From contig OY740799.1 in the NCBI GenBank assembly GCA_963514005.1, positions 33,170,001-33,234,000 on the forward strand: DNA of 64,000 nucleotides, read 5' to 3'. Shown here in pieces: positions 57,001 through 64,000 of this stretch. Position numbers and translations under genes: made by a program. How positions within the stretch are numbered: the first letter of the stretch is position 1; the number at the start of each line of letters is the position of its first letter. Origin of the DNA: Raja brachyura (lineage: Eukaryota). The notes under the pieces were generated by a model. It was not told the DNA's origin and did no database searches. It saw only the letters and a list, made by a program, of their open reading frames with translations.

Positions 57001-60000
57001 TCAAGCACTGGAAATTTGGGTTGCCATACAGCCATACGAATAAAAAAGGAACACAACACACGATAGAATTTAACATAGACATCCCCACACAGCAGAATCA
57101 ACGTTTCCCACTGTGAGGGAAGGCAATAAAGTTCAGCCATCTTCCTCTTTGTTTACCCGTGGTCGGGGGCCCCAATGTTCAGGCCCTCGCCGGGATGATC
57201 GGAACTCCGACGTCGGAATGGAGAACTCTCTCAGCGACTTGGAGTTCCGAACCGGCCACCTACTGGAGACCAGGGCTCCCGATGTCCACAGGCCGTGCTT
57301 GGCGGAGATTCACACTGGCGTCCTCGCCAAAGGGACCACCAGGACTCCGCGATGTTGTTCAGCATTGCCTGCGGCTAGAAGCTCCGCAACCATAGTTCTA
57401 CGATGTTAAAACAGTAGGCCCAATGCTCCGGAGCTTCATCAAACGATCCCCAGTAAGGAACAGACAGCTCCACTCAGAGGTGTTAATTCAGTGCTGCGTC
57501 GCTGTTGAAGCTCTGGTCGGTCTCCGGAAGGAACGGCCGCGCCAATCCAGTTTGTCTGCCGCGAGGAGTGGGCGAAGATGAGAATAGTCGCATCCTCGCC
57601 AGGAAGAGACTGAGAAAAGATTCCCCACCCCCCTACCCTGACCCACTACCCCACATAAAAAGACTAAGAATACCTTCAAAACATACTTTTAAACAGACTA
57701 AAAATAACAAAAAGATGAAAAAAAAAGACAGAATGCAAACAGAGGCTGCCTTCAAATGGCGCCCCCCTGTGGTAATGTAAATGTAATCATACAACTGAAA
57801 TCTGAGATACCATATTGGAGAGAGATTAAAGACCAAATGTGATATACAAAACCAGCTGATTATCTGAAAGCTAAATTTACTCTTGGGTCCTAAAGCCATA
57901 TGCGTAGTTGGAAAATGAGGTACTGTAACTTACACTGAGTACTGAACTTTATTGGAAATGTGTTGGAGATACAAAGTGGAAACGTAGGGAACATTTAAAT
58001 GACTGACATATAAAATCTCATAAATAACATATACTACAGTAAATCTGTTTTGGTCTCCACTCTGCTGTGGATCCTCCCTTTCCTTTTCTTGTATACTCAC
58101 TGCCTATCCTGATTATTTTTAAGATTTTATTTGTTTCTTTGCAGTAACACTTTTTCCAGACATACCCCTTGTTCTTTCTTCTCCTTTCCTTCCATCTTTC
58201 AGTCACTATTTGGGTCACTCAATCTCACCTGGTCTCCAGCCCATCACATCATCCCCTATTTCTCTGCACTGTAAATTTTGTTGCATTCTAAATTTTCCAG
58301 TACTTATAAAATAGAATCAGTCTCAAATGTTAATTCTTAACAGATGCTGCTTGACCTACCAAGTACTCCCAGTCATTTGTGCTTTTATTTTTCTTATGTC
58401 TGAAATCTGCTTGAGCGGTATAAGAATTGAGTTGACTTTGTGATTTGAATTTGTTTGTTATTTTCCAGAAGAAACATCAACTGTTACATCAACCAGCATT
58501 CCTTCCACAACAGGTAGCTGTTGGCTTTTTCAATATATATTTATTTTGCAACCTCAACTGATCACAATGAAAATCCATTTGTTTTCTTCTCTATCATCGT
58601 CATAAACATCAACGTGCACGGTGCCTTACAATGCTATGTACGACAGTGATCATAACTTCTACTGAAGTGTGGATGGCCGTTGGCTCGCTTGGAGCTAATC
58701 TGCCTTTTGACAGGTCTTGTTTTTGGTCCTGCAGTGGGTTCACTGCCCCCTCCTCACCTGGCAAACTAGGTGGGGGAGACGGTTTAGTCACCGACTATCC
58801 GACCATGGAGCAGGTAGCACGGGATTACATGGTACCCGTGGCGGGTGGTAATCCCCCCTATCTTCTCTACCTTTTTGATATATTAGACCCTGTTCCCTGT
58901 TCCCCATTTTTACTGTCATAAGTAAAATGTTCGGTCACTCACAATGGCAGCTACTTTTATCATCATGCGGAAATTTGAACTCCCTTCTTTATAAGAATAT
59001 GATAGGTAACTTCTTTATTTGGGCATGCGAGGAAACTGTTTGGCCCATTGTGTCCTTTTCAACTTCCAACAGCACAATGTCATGTCCCCTGCTTATTTCC
59101 CTGTATTTCTACAACATATTCTCTTCCACATCCACTCTCCTTTGATTCTTTTGGTATTGGTCTATACAAAGGAATAATTTACAAGAGCCAATTAATCTAC
59201 CAGCATGTCTCTGGGTGACAGGAGGAACTCAAGGAAGTACAGGGAGCCAATATGAGCTCCATACAAACAGCACCTAATATCAGGATTGAACTTGGATCTC
59301 TCAAGCTTTCAGGCAAAGGCAAGGCACAGCCTTCCACAGCTTGTTGAGAGTGGTCTTCTTTTCATTATAATCTCTTTCCTCCTTTAACTCTTGATTCTGT
59401 TTTATGAATTGACAGCAAACGTGTTCCTTTATCATATATTATCCTGGAGCAGCTACCTTTTTGCCATTTCCCTCTTGCCCACTAATTAAACTCTTCTGCA
59501 TATATGTTATACCTTTTCACCATATACAGTACGTAGCATGTTTCAAGGTGATATGGTGAGGCAACGCAACTACTCCAATAATGTTCTTCAATAGCACGCT
59601 GAGACCAACCCATCAAAGTGGAAAGAATATCCGGCTGTTAAAATCATGCAATAGTTAGTGCACAGCTGCAGTCAGCTGCCTGATAAGTGACATCTCACGT
59701 TTGTGCTTTATGCTTTTTCTCTATTGTTCTGTTCTGCACTGGCAATGAATGTTTCCCTACTTGAAGTTGTATCTTAATTCAGATCAATCAACAGTTCCCC
59801 AAACATATTGTTATTATTCCCATTTTACTGTTCCCATTTTCATTTAAACTGTAATTTGTAAGATTCATTTTGATGCACAACCATGTTTCTCAAATCTTGT
59901 TTTTTATATTTATGTTTATATTTTCCACTATGTGGTGTTTTTTTACAAGTTTGCCTTATGTTTTCTTTCTTTACATTACAGTGCCATACTGTTTGGGTGT

Positions 60001-63000
60001 ATGGTCTCCTTGGTCTAATAATGATACACCAACACCGTCATCTCCAAATGATTATGAATTGTTGATACCATATGGCACTCAATTGTGCCCATCTTCTTCT
60101 GATAAAATTACCACCATTCAGTGCCAATTTGCCAAACATCCTGAATGGCCACTAAGTGTATCGCCAGATGTTGTGACCTGCAATAAAGAGATAGGATTGA
60201 TGTGCACATTCTCTGGATCTCCTTCTGGCCACTTTTGTAATGACTACAGAATTAGAGTTTGCTGCGAGCCAACTGAGACTACAACTGTCCCCACGACTAC
60301 AACTGAGTCTACCACCAGTCCCACGACTGGTGAGTGATACCTTCTCCAGTACTTGTTAACAGTCGTTTTAAAGGAAGGACAACTGTGTCCAAAGTATGTC
60401 CAGCTTGTGCTGGAATTGAACCAAATACAAATATTACTGCTCAATGTTGCGATGATTATAAATTTGCAGTGGCTTTTGTTGAAGTTATTCCACAACTTCT
60501 CTTTAATCAATATATGCTGATTTTGTTACTACACTTCCAAATGTGCCTTTCTTCGTTGAATATAAAAGACATGTATGCATTTGTTTACAGAAGAAACAAC
60601 AACAACAACAGCTACGACCACCACAGAATCTACCACCAGTCCTACAACTGGTAAGTGATATCTTATCTCAATGTGCACTCATAGTTTTTTTTTAATCACA
60701 GCTGAGCTCATACACACACGTTCCCATCCTTGCTTCAAGTTTCGCAATTTCATGATCCCATTTTAGAGTCTGTGGGTTCAGTCTTGATGGTCCTCTGATG
60801 CTGGATAGAGGTAGTGCAGCACTGACAATACTGTGCTGTTCAGCTTGAGATTTTGAGCTGGGTTTGTGAGTGTGCTGTTGTGACTGCGGTATATTTTGTG
60901 GCCAATAGCAAAGAACAGAAACATCTCTCAACTACCATGAATAATAACGATGATTACAACAAAATTTCTCAGGAAATATTTTTAAGTTCTATAGTTTATC
61001 GGATGTAGATATGAATAAGTAGTTTCTGGTGTTCCCTATATTTCAGCTGTGACCATATTTTAATACAATTTCTTGCTGCAAGTCCTTTGCAAGATAGGAA
61101 GTATTGAAAGGAGTTTATCTCGACTTTACACAATCTCTTTTGAAATAGTCCAATTACCACCTGCATTTGTCGGTCATTCAAAATCTACGATTCAACATGG
61201 ATGATTTAATTGTCCATGAATTTGTTTCTCTTTCGAAGAAACATCTACAACAACCAGCACAACTGAGTCCACAACCACTTCCACAACTGGTGGGTGGTGA
61301 TATTTTCATTTGTAAATCTTTTAAACACAAGCTCACCTATACATATACATACTATATCACATAATTTAAAACAAATGTAATGCCTTGGTAGACAAAAATG
61401 CTGGAGAAACTCAGCAGGTGCAGCAACATCTATGCAGCGAAGGATATAGGCAACGTTTCGGGCCGAAACCCTTCTTCAGACCCTTTCGGCCCGAAGCGTT
61501 GCCTATTTCCTTCACTCCATAGATGCTGCTGCACCCGCTGAGTTTCACCAACATTTTTGTCTACCTTCGATTTTCCAGCATCTACAGTTCCTTCGTAAAT
61601 AAATGTAATGCCTTTATTATTTTCCAGAAGAAACCACTCCCACGGTGACACCAAGCACCACCACCACCTACACAACAGGTGAGTGATCACCTCTGTCAGT
61701 AGCTTATTACCAGCCGTAACGTTCAGTCATTCAATTTCAACTTCTGCTTGCCTTCAGTTTAATCATTCTTCAACTTGCATGTAATGCTTTTATTTGCAGA
61801 AAAAACAACAATAACAACGCCAGGGCCACCCACAACCACGTCTACCACCAGCCCCACAACTGGTGAGTAATGCATTTTATCAATCATTTTAACACAAATA
61901 TGCTCACAGTACCACTTGCAGGTTGTGACAATGATGATCACTCTTGCCTTGTGCAACACAATTTTACCTCAGCAGCTCATGGGATGTTATCGAATTTCAA
62001 AGTCTTGAGATTCAAACTAGAATTGTGTTTTAATGCAATGCAAAGGAACGACAGTAATGCCCAAAGTATGTGCTGGAGTTGAAACACATACAAATATTAC
62101 TGCTGAATGTAGTATGGATTGTATATTTGCAGTGACTATGTTGAAATATTATTCCACAACTTCTTTTAATTTGTGCAATATATGTTCATTTTGTTACTCC
62201 TCTCTCAAATGTGTAATTCTTCAAGTTGAATGTAAAGGTCGTGTATGTATGTGTTTACAGAAAGAACTACACCAACAGCGACAACAACAACAGAATCTAC
62301 CACCAGTCCCACAACTGGTGAGTGATAACTACTCTCAATGTAAACCCATGGGTTTTTATATCACAGCTAAGCTCATAAACATTATTTTCAGTTGCACTAC
62401 TTTCCCTTCCTATCTTCAATTTCACTTCATCCATAACAGATGAGTGATCACCTCTGTCAGTATATACTCACTGGCTGTTGGATTTGGTTGTTCAATTAAA
62501 ACTTCTACTCATCTTCAGTGAAAGTCTAATAATTTGACCTTTCCACTACAATTTCCAATAACAAGCATTGGTCTAAATATTGAATGAAGGGTCCTGAAAT
62601 TTATTTCTGCAGACAATTATTAGAATCCTCTTCTTTAAATGATGGCAACTATGATGATCAGCCAGCCTGTGTGAGTCTCAATAAAGCATCTCTCATGGGT
62701 AATTAAGCTATGTAATTCATAATAAAAGTGCAATGGTAGGTTTTCTGGTGATTGCCATAAATAAGTGGGTACACCACACTGAAATGCATTGAAGTCTTTG
62801 AGGGAATGAAAACTGAGCAAAAATCGTGCAGGACTATACTATTTTGTTGCTGCTGCATCTCTACTCGTGATGGTTCTGCAGAGAAGAAAATAATTTTTCC
62901 ATGTCTAAATTGTTTTCACATTTCTCAATAATTTCTCAGCATTACACTTGAAAGTTCCAAGTGATCAACAGTATGTTAAGTGCAGTTACCACACTTGCTC

Positions 63001-64000
63001 ACAAAATAATGTTCTATTGAAAGTATGGTTTCCTTGTGATGCAGATAAATCACCCAGCACATTATATTGCTGAATGGAGTATGGTTATCATTTTGAAGCC
63101 ATTTGCTGAAATTATGTTACACAATCATTTATCCGGCTAATTTTCTACTTCCTCAGTTGTGCCATTCATCGTTGAATGGTCATGAATGCTTTTACTTTCT
63201 TAAGAAACAATAACAGTATCAACCATAACTGAGTTTACCACCAGTCAGATAACTGGTGGGTGATGCCTTCATTCAATATTAATTCATGGATATTTTAAAG
63301 CAACTATCCTTTTAAGCACTGCAAGCTTGAACTTTATTGGCTTGCCACAATCGTTTTAATTTCAGCGCAGTAGAGTTCTATCCTTCTCCAGAATCTTAAG
63401 GGTTCACTCGAGGTTGGTGATATGGCACAGAACAGATCAAATATATCTCCTTCATCAACATTCGGAATTATTTCTGTATCAAGCACTGGAAATTTGGGTT
63501 GCCATACAGCCATACGAATAAAAAAGGAACACAACACACGATAGAATTTAACATAGACATCCCCACACAGCAGAATCAACGTTTCCCACTGTGAGGGAAG
63601 GCAATAAAGTTCAGCCATCTTCCTCTTTGTTTACCCGTGGTCGGGGGCCCCAATGTTCAGGCCCTCGCCGGGATGATCGGAACTCCGACGTCGGAATGGA
63701 GAACTCTCTCAGCGACTTGGAGTTCCGAACCGGCCACCTACTGGAGACCAGGGCTCCCGATGTCCACAGGCCGTGCTTGGCGGAGATTCACACTGGCGTC
63801 CTCGCCAAAGGGACCACCAGGACTCCGCGATGTTGTTCAGCATTGCCTGCGGCTAGAAGCTCCGCAACCATAGTTCTACGATGTTAAAACAGTAGGCCCA
63901 ATGCTCCGGAGCTTCATCAAACGATCCCCAGTAAGGAACAGACAGCTCCACTCAGAGGTGTTAATTCAGTGCTGCGTCGCTGTTGAAGCTCTGGTCGGTC
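1..64000 (+). CDS. muc19: Gel-forming mucin gene, MUC19-like D'D3 assembly followed by (CysD-PTS)n; internal portion only, both ends outside the window
   Basis: Consecutive GT-AG exons with compatible phases give an uninterrupted C8-TIL-E-TIL'-E'-VWD(GDGH...CGLCG)-C8-TIL-E-PTS/CysD protein. Motifs [16 protein letters not shown] and [17 protein letters not shown] match MUC19/submaxillary mucin as I recall them. Gel-forming mucin identity is secure; MUC19 orthology is tentative. Confidence 0.8.
158..380 (-). mobile_element. Degenerate Penelope-end/MER6-like repeat fragment
   Basis: gctggcggacctcagcgggtcagacagcatct...gacccatcttcaga resembles the arm of the 22511 element. Confidence 0.5.
680..1770 (+). 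mobile_element. Degenerate CR1 LINE ORF2 and 3' UTR fragments
   Basis: Decayed CR1 motifs (cacttggagtattgtgttcagtt = HLEYCVQF; ctgaggggtgatct = LRGDL), with many stops and frameshifts. Confidence 0.8.
1780..2115 (+). mobile_element. CR1 LINE 3' end fragment
   Basis: [13 protein letters not shown]...[11 protein letters not shown], followed by a CR1-type 3' UTR. Confidence 0.8.
2463..2709 (+). CDS. Mucin exon: TIL2 and start of E2
   Basis: ttcttAG acceptor; VNCPITQIF...CNRMC...[11 protein letters not shown]...[10 protein letters not shown]...NGMQ; tg|GTAAGT donor; phase 1 to 2. Confidence 0.93.
2792..2850 (+). CDS. Mucin exon: end of E2
   Basis: ttttcttAG; (C)[19 protein letters not shown]; g|GTAAAC; phase 2 to 1. 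Confidence 0.88.
2958..3043 (+). CDS. Mucin exon: TIL' first half
   Basis: ttgttAG; (D)[28 protein letters not shown]; |GTAAGT; phase 1 to 0. Confidence 0.88.
3640..4010 (-). mobile_element. L2/Rex1-type LINE 3' fragment, apparently continuing at ~4780-5060 and ~5660-5810
   Basis: Minus strand reads like GRR.....A...RF...FFP.A..LLN, the C-terminus of L2/Rex1 ORF2; interrupted by the CR1 copy at ~4030. Confidence 0.55.
4030..4775 (+). mobile_element. 5'-truncated, relatively young CR1 LINE
   Basis: [32 protein letters not shown]...[13 protein letters not shown] / [13 protein letters not shown]...[13 protein letters not shown]; 3' UTR ending in a (CTATTGT)n tail. Confidence 0.93.
5320..5630 (+). 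mobile_element. Penelope-like element 3' fragment (GIY-YIG C-terminus plus pyrimidine-rich UTR)
   Basis: aaactagaagaacaatacctcagattc...atgaacattgaattt = KLEEQ.L.F...MNIEF, similar to Penelope ORF ends. Confidence 0.6.
5965..6113 (+). CDS. Mucin exon: TIL' second half and E'
   Basis: [49 protein letters not shown]; tg|GTGAGC; phase 0 to 2. Confidence 0.92.
6200..6338 (+). CDS. Mucin exon: end of E', start of VWD3
   Basis: ttatAG; [47 protein letters not shown]; |GTAAGA. Confidence 0.95.
7174..7278 (+). CDS. Mucin exon: VWD3
   Basis: ttttAG; [35 protein letters not shown]; |GTATAT; 105 nt, phase 0-0. Confidence 0.92.
7420..7608 (+). CDS. Mucin exon: VWD3
   Basis: cttatAG; DKEIILLSG...[37 protein letters not shown]; |GTATGT; 189 nt. 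Confidence 0.93.
8680..8835 (+). mobile_element. CR1 3' UTR fragment
   Basis: ttttgataggtacatggataggataggtttagaaggatatggg...ctgaagaggcctatttcc...tatgactctataactcta. Confidence 0.65.
9110..9325. mobile_element. Old palindromic Penelope-derived/MER6-like element
   Basis: Degenerate inverted arms (gcaggttaggcagcatct / ctcctgacctgttg) around gacccatcttcag. Confidence 0.5.
10493..10732 (+). CDS. Mucin exon: end of VWD3 (CGLCG), start of C8-3
   Basis: [20 protein letters not shown]...FGNSWK...[30 protein letters not shown]; |GTAAGA; 240 nt. Confidence 0.95.
10812..10968 (+). CDS. Mucin exon: C8-3
   Basis: tatcAG; [52 protein letters not shown]; c|GTAAGT. Confidence 0.95.
11304..11497 (+). mobile_element. 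3' end of an L2-tailed non-autonomous repeat
   Basis: ctttattgccttcc..cacagtg...tatggctgtatggtaa...gtgacaataaactgaccttgataccttga; homologous to the reverse complement of ~18440-18580. Confidence 0.65.
12199..12312 (+). CDS. Mucin exon: TIL3
   Basis: ctccAG; [38 protein letters not shown]; g|GTGCAG (weak donor); phase 1-1. Confidence 0.9.
12632..12773 (+). CDS. Mucin exon: TIL3 end and E3
   Basis: ctttAG; [47 protein letters not shown]; tg|GTAAAG. Confidence 0.93.
13535..13566 (+). CDS. Mucin microexon: end of E3
   Basis: ctttttgttgacAG; (C)[10 protein letters not shown]; a|GTAAGT; 32 nt, phase 2 to 1, completes the CxxCxC..C pattern. Confidence 0.85.
13755..14260 (-). mobile_element. L2/Rex1-Babar clade LINE reverse transcriptase fragment
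   Basis: [10 protein letters not shown]...FT and [31 protein letters not shown]...VESFKFL.VNI; frameshifted. Confidence 0.85.
14845..15090 (+). mobile_element. V-SINE/HE1-like SINE with CR1-derived tail
   Basis: ctccctgtgaccacgtggctttcctc...cctcctacatctcaaagac core; tail gcatggactcggtgagccgaa...tttccatgctgtatctttaaactaaact. Confidence 0.65.
15510..15602 (+). CDS. Mucin exon: first, non-repeated PTS exon
   Basis: caacAG; [30 protein letters not shown]; g|GTAAGG; 93 nt, phase 1-1. Confidence 0.85.
15995..16370 (+). mobile_element. Young CR1 LINE 3' end
   Basis: [15 protein letters not shown]...TRGH...[25 protein letters not shown]; (TATATGGT)n tail. Confidence 0.92.
16660..16866 (+). mobile_element. 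CR1 3' end fragment
   Basis: [19 protein letters not shown] followed by 3' UTR. Confidence 0.75.
18164..18214 (+). CDS. Repeat microexon A (51 nt, PTS: [17 protein letters not shown])
   Basis: ttacttttcttAAG-type acceptor, actg|GTGGGT donor. Copies at 24329-24379, 30806-30856, 37293-37343, 43771-43821, 50249-50299, 56727-56777 and 63205-63255 read [17 protein letters not shown]. Confidence 0.72.
19594..19638 (+). CDS. Repeat microexon B (45 nt, [15 protein letters not shown])
   Basis: ttttccAG; acag|GTAGGT. Copies at 26070-26114, 32547-32591, 39035-39079, 45513-45557, 51991-52035, 58469-58513. Confidence 0.8.
19725..19980. mobile_element. Probable RTE-type retroposon UTR fragment in intron B-C (all copies)
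   Basis: GC-elevated block gcaaactaggtgggggagacggtttagtc, preceded by a (ATC)n-like tail; family assignment from recall only. Confidence 0.4.
20140..20460 (-). mobile_element. Degenerate V-SINE/HE1-like SINE in intron B-C (all copies)
   Basis: aatttacaagagccaattaatctaccagcatgtctctggg...caaacagcacctaatatcaggattgaacttggatctct is the reverse complement of the SINE core and tRNA-like head. Confidence 0.55.
21107..21454 (+). CDS. Repeat exon C copy 1: CysD (Mucin2_WxxW) domain plus PTS tail
   Basis: ttacAG; [17 protein letters not shown]...NDYE...C...IQC...VTC...GLMC...[11 protein letters not shown] then [20 protein letters not shown]; actg|GTGAGT; 348 nt, phase 1-1. Confidence 0.95.
21716..21775 (+). 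CDS. Repeat microexon D (60 nt, [20 protein letters not shown])
   Basis: tttacAG; actg|GTAAGT. Copies at 28192-28251, 34677-34739 (63 nt), 41157-41216, 47635-47694, 54113-54172, 60591-60650. Confidence 0.88.
22363..22413 (+). CDS. Repeat microexon E (51 nt, [17 protein letters not shown])
   Basis: tctctttcgAAG acceptor; actg|GTGGGT. Copies at 28840-28890, 35327-35377, 41805-41855, 48283-48333, 54761-54811, 61239-61289. Confidence 0.75.
22511..22724. mobile_element. Palindromic Penelope-derived/MER6-like short element with 14-bp TSD, in intron E-F of all copies
   Basis: Inverted arms 22511-~22591 and ~22609-22689; flanking direct repeat AAATGTAATGCCTT at 22497-22510 and 22725-22738. Confidence 0.85.
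22752..22802 (+). CDS. Repeat microexon F (51 nt, [17 protein letters not shown])
   Basis: ttttccAG; acag|GTGAGT. Copies at 29229-29279, 35716-35766, 42194-42244, 48672-48722, 55150-55200, 61628-61678. Confidence 0.88.
22924..22986 (+). CDS. Repeat microexon G (63 nt, [21 protein letters not shown])
   Basis: tttgcAG; actg|GTGAGT. Copies at 29401-29463, 35888-35950, 42366-42428, 48844-48906, 55322-55384, 61800-61862. Confidence 0.88.
23385..23441 (+). CDS. Repeat microexon H (57 nt, [19 protein letters not shown]; V is A in later copies)
   Basis: tttacAG; actg|GTGAGT. Copies at 29862-29918, 36349-36405, 42827-42883, 49305-49361, 55783-55839, 62261-62317. Confidence 0.88.
24450..25375 (-). 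mobile_element. CpG-rich non-autonomous interspersed repeat in intron A-B of every cassette (internally deleted in copy 1, ~18286-18895)
   Basis: GC/CpG-rich island in an AT-rich intron; its minus-strand 3' part matches 11304-11497 and ends in caataaagttcaa. Confidence 0.65.
27583..27930 (+). CDS. CysD+PTS exon copy 2
   Basis: Same as 21107-21454, but ends SPTI instead of SPTT. Confidence 0.93.
34068..34415 (+). CDS. CysD+PTS exon copy 3
   Basis: Same translation and splice sites as copy 1. Confidence 0.93.
40548..40895 (+). CDS. CysD+PTS exon copy 4
   Basis: Same translation and splice sites as copy 1. Confidence 0.93.
47026..47373 (+). CDS. CysD+PTS exon copy 5
   Basis: Same translation and splice sites as copy 1. 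Confidence 0.93.
53504..53851 (+). CDS. CysD+PTS exon copy 6
   Basis: Same translation and splice sites as copy 1. Confidence 0.93.
59982..60329 (+). CDS. CysD+PTS exon copy 7
   Basis: Same translation and splice sites as copy 1. Confidence 0.93.

Larger units (their letters stand above)
17951..64000 (+). repeat. Intragenic tandem array (macrosatellite) of a ~6,478-bp exon/intron cassette; 7 full copies plus a partial 8th
   Basis: TGCAGTTACCAC.CTTGCTCACAAAATAATG recurs at 17951, 24105, 30582, 37069, 43547, 50025, 56503 and 62981 (unit lengths 6154, 6477, 6487, 6478, 6478, 6478, 6478). The ORF track repeats with the same period. Confidence 0.99.

Noticed and set aside
18293-63887. Many recurring 60-136 aa ORFs (e.g. 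[34 protein letters not shown]...NNNNN, ...QQQQQ)
   Set aside because: They recur only because of the tandem array. They are intronic or TE-derived, or off-frame readings of (ACA)n Thr exons, with no domain signal, and several are broken by stops or indels in some copies.
17951-64000. Array as a cluster of separate genes, a CRISPR-like array or an assembly artefact
   Set aside because: No promoter, start or stop per unit and exon phases chain across units; there is no spacer-repeat structure; copy-specific variants exist. The exact number of inner copies still needs read support.

Overview
Eukaryotic (vertebrate) genomic DNA. The repeat content (CR1, L2/Rex1, Penelope-derived palindromes, V-SINE-like elements) points to a cartilaginous fish, probably a skate or ray; this is inference. 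The whole window lies inside one + strand, multi-exon gel-forming mucin gene. Bases 1-15.6 kb hold 14 GT-AG exons that splice into one open frame: end of C8-2, TIL2-E2, TIL'-E', VWD3-C8-3-TIL3-E3 and a first PTS exon. From memory this D'D3 region resembles the MUC19/submaxillary-mucin lineage. From ~17,951 to the window end the gene becomes a head-to-tail array of a ~6.48-kb genomic cassette (7 complete copies plus a partial 8th). Each copy carries 8 symmetric phase-1 exons: one 348-nt CysD+PTS exon and seven 45-63-nt Thr-rich microexons, together 726 nt = 242 aa, plus all introns and their fossil transposons. The mucin repeat domain is therefore built as an intron-containing macrosatellite of (CysD-PTS)n rather than as one giant exon. 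Exons were called by eye from splice signals and frame continuity; no transcript evidence was available.
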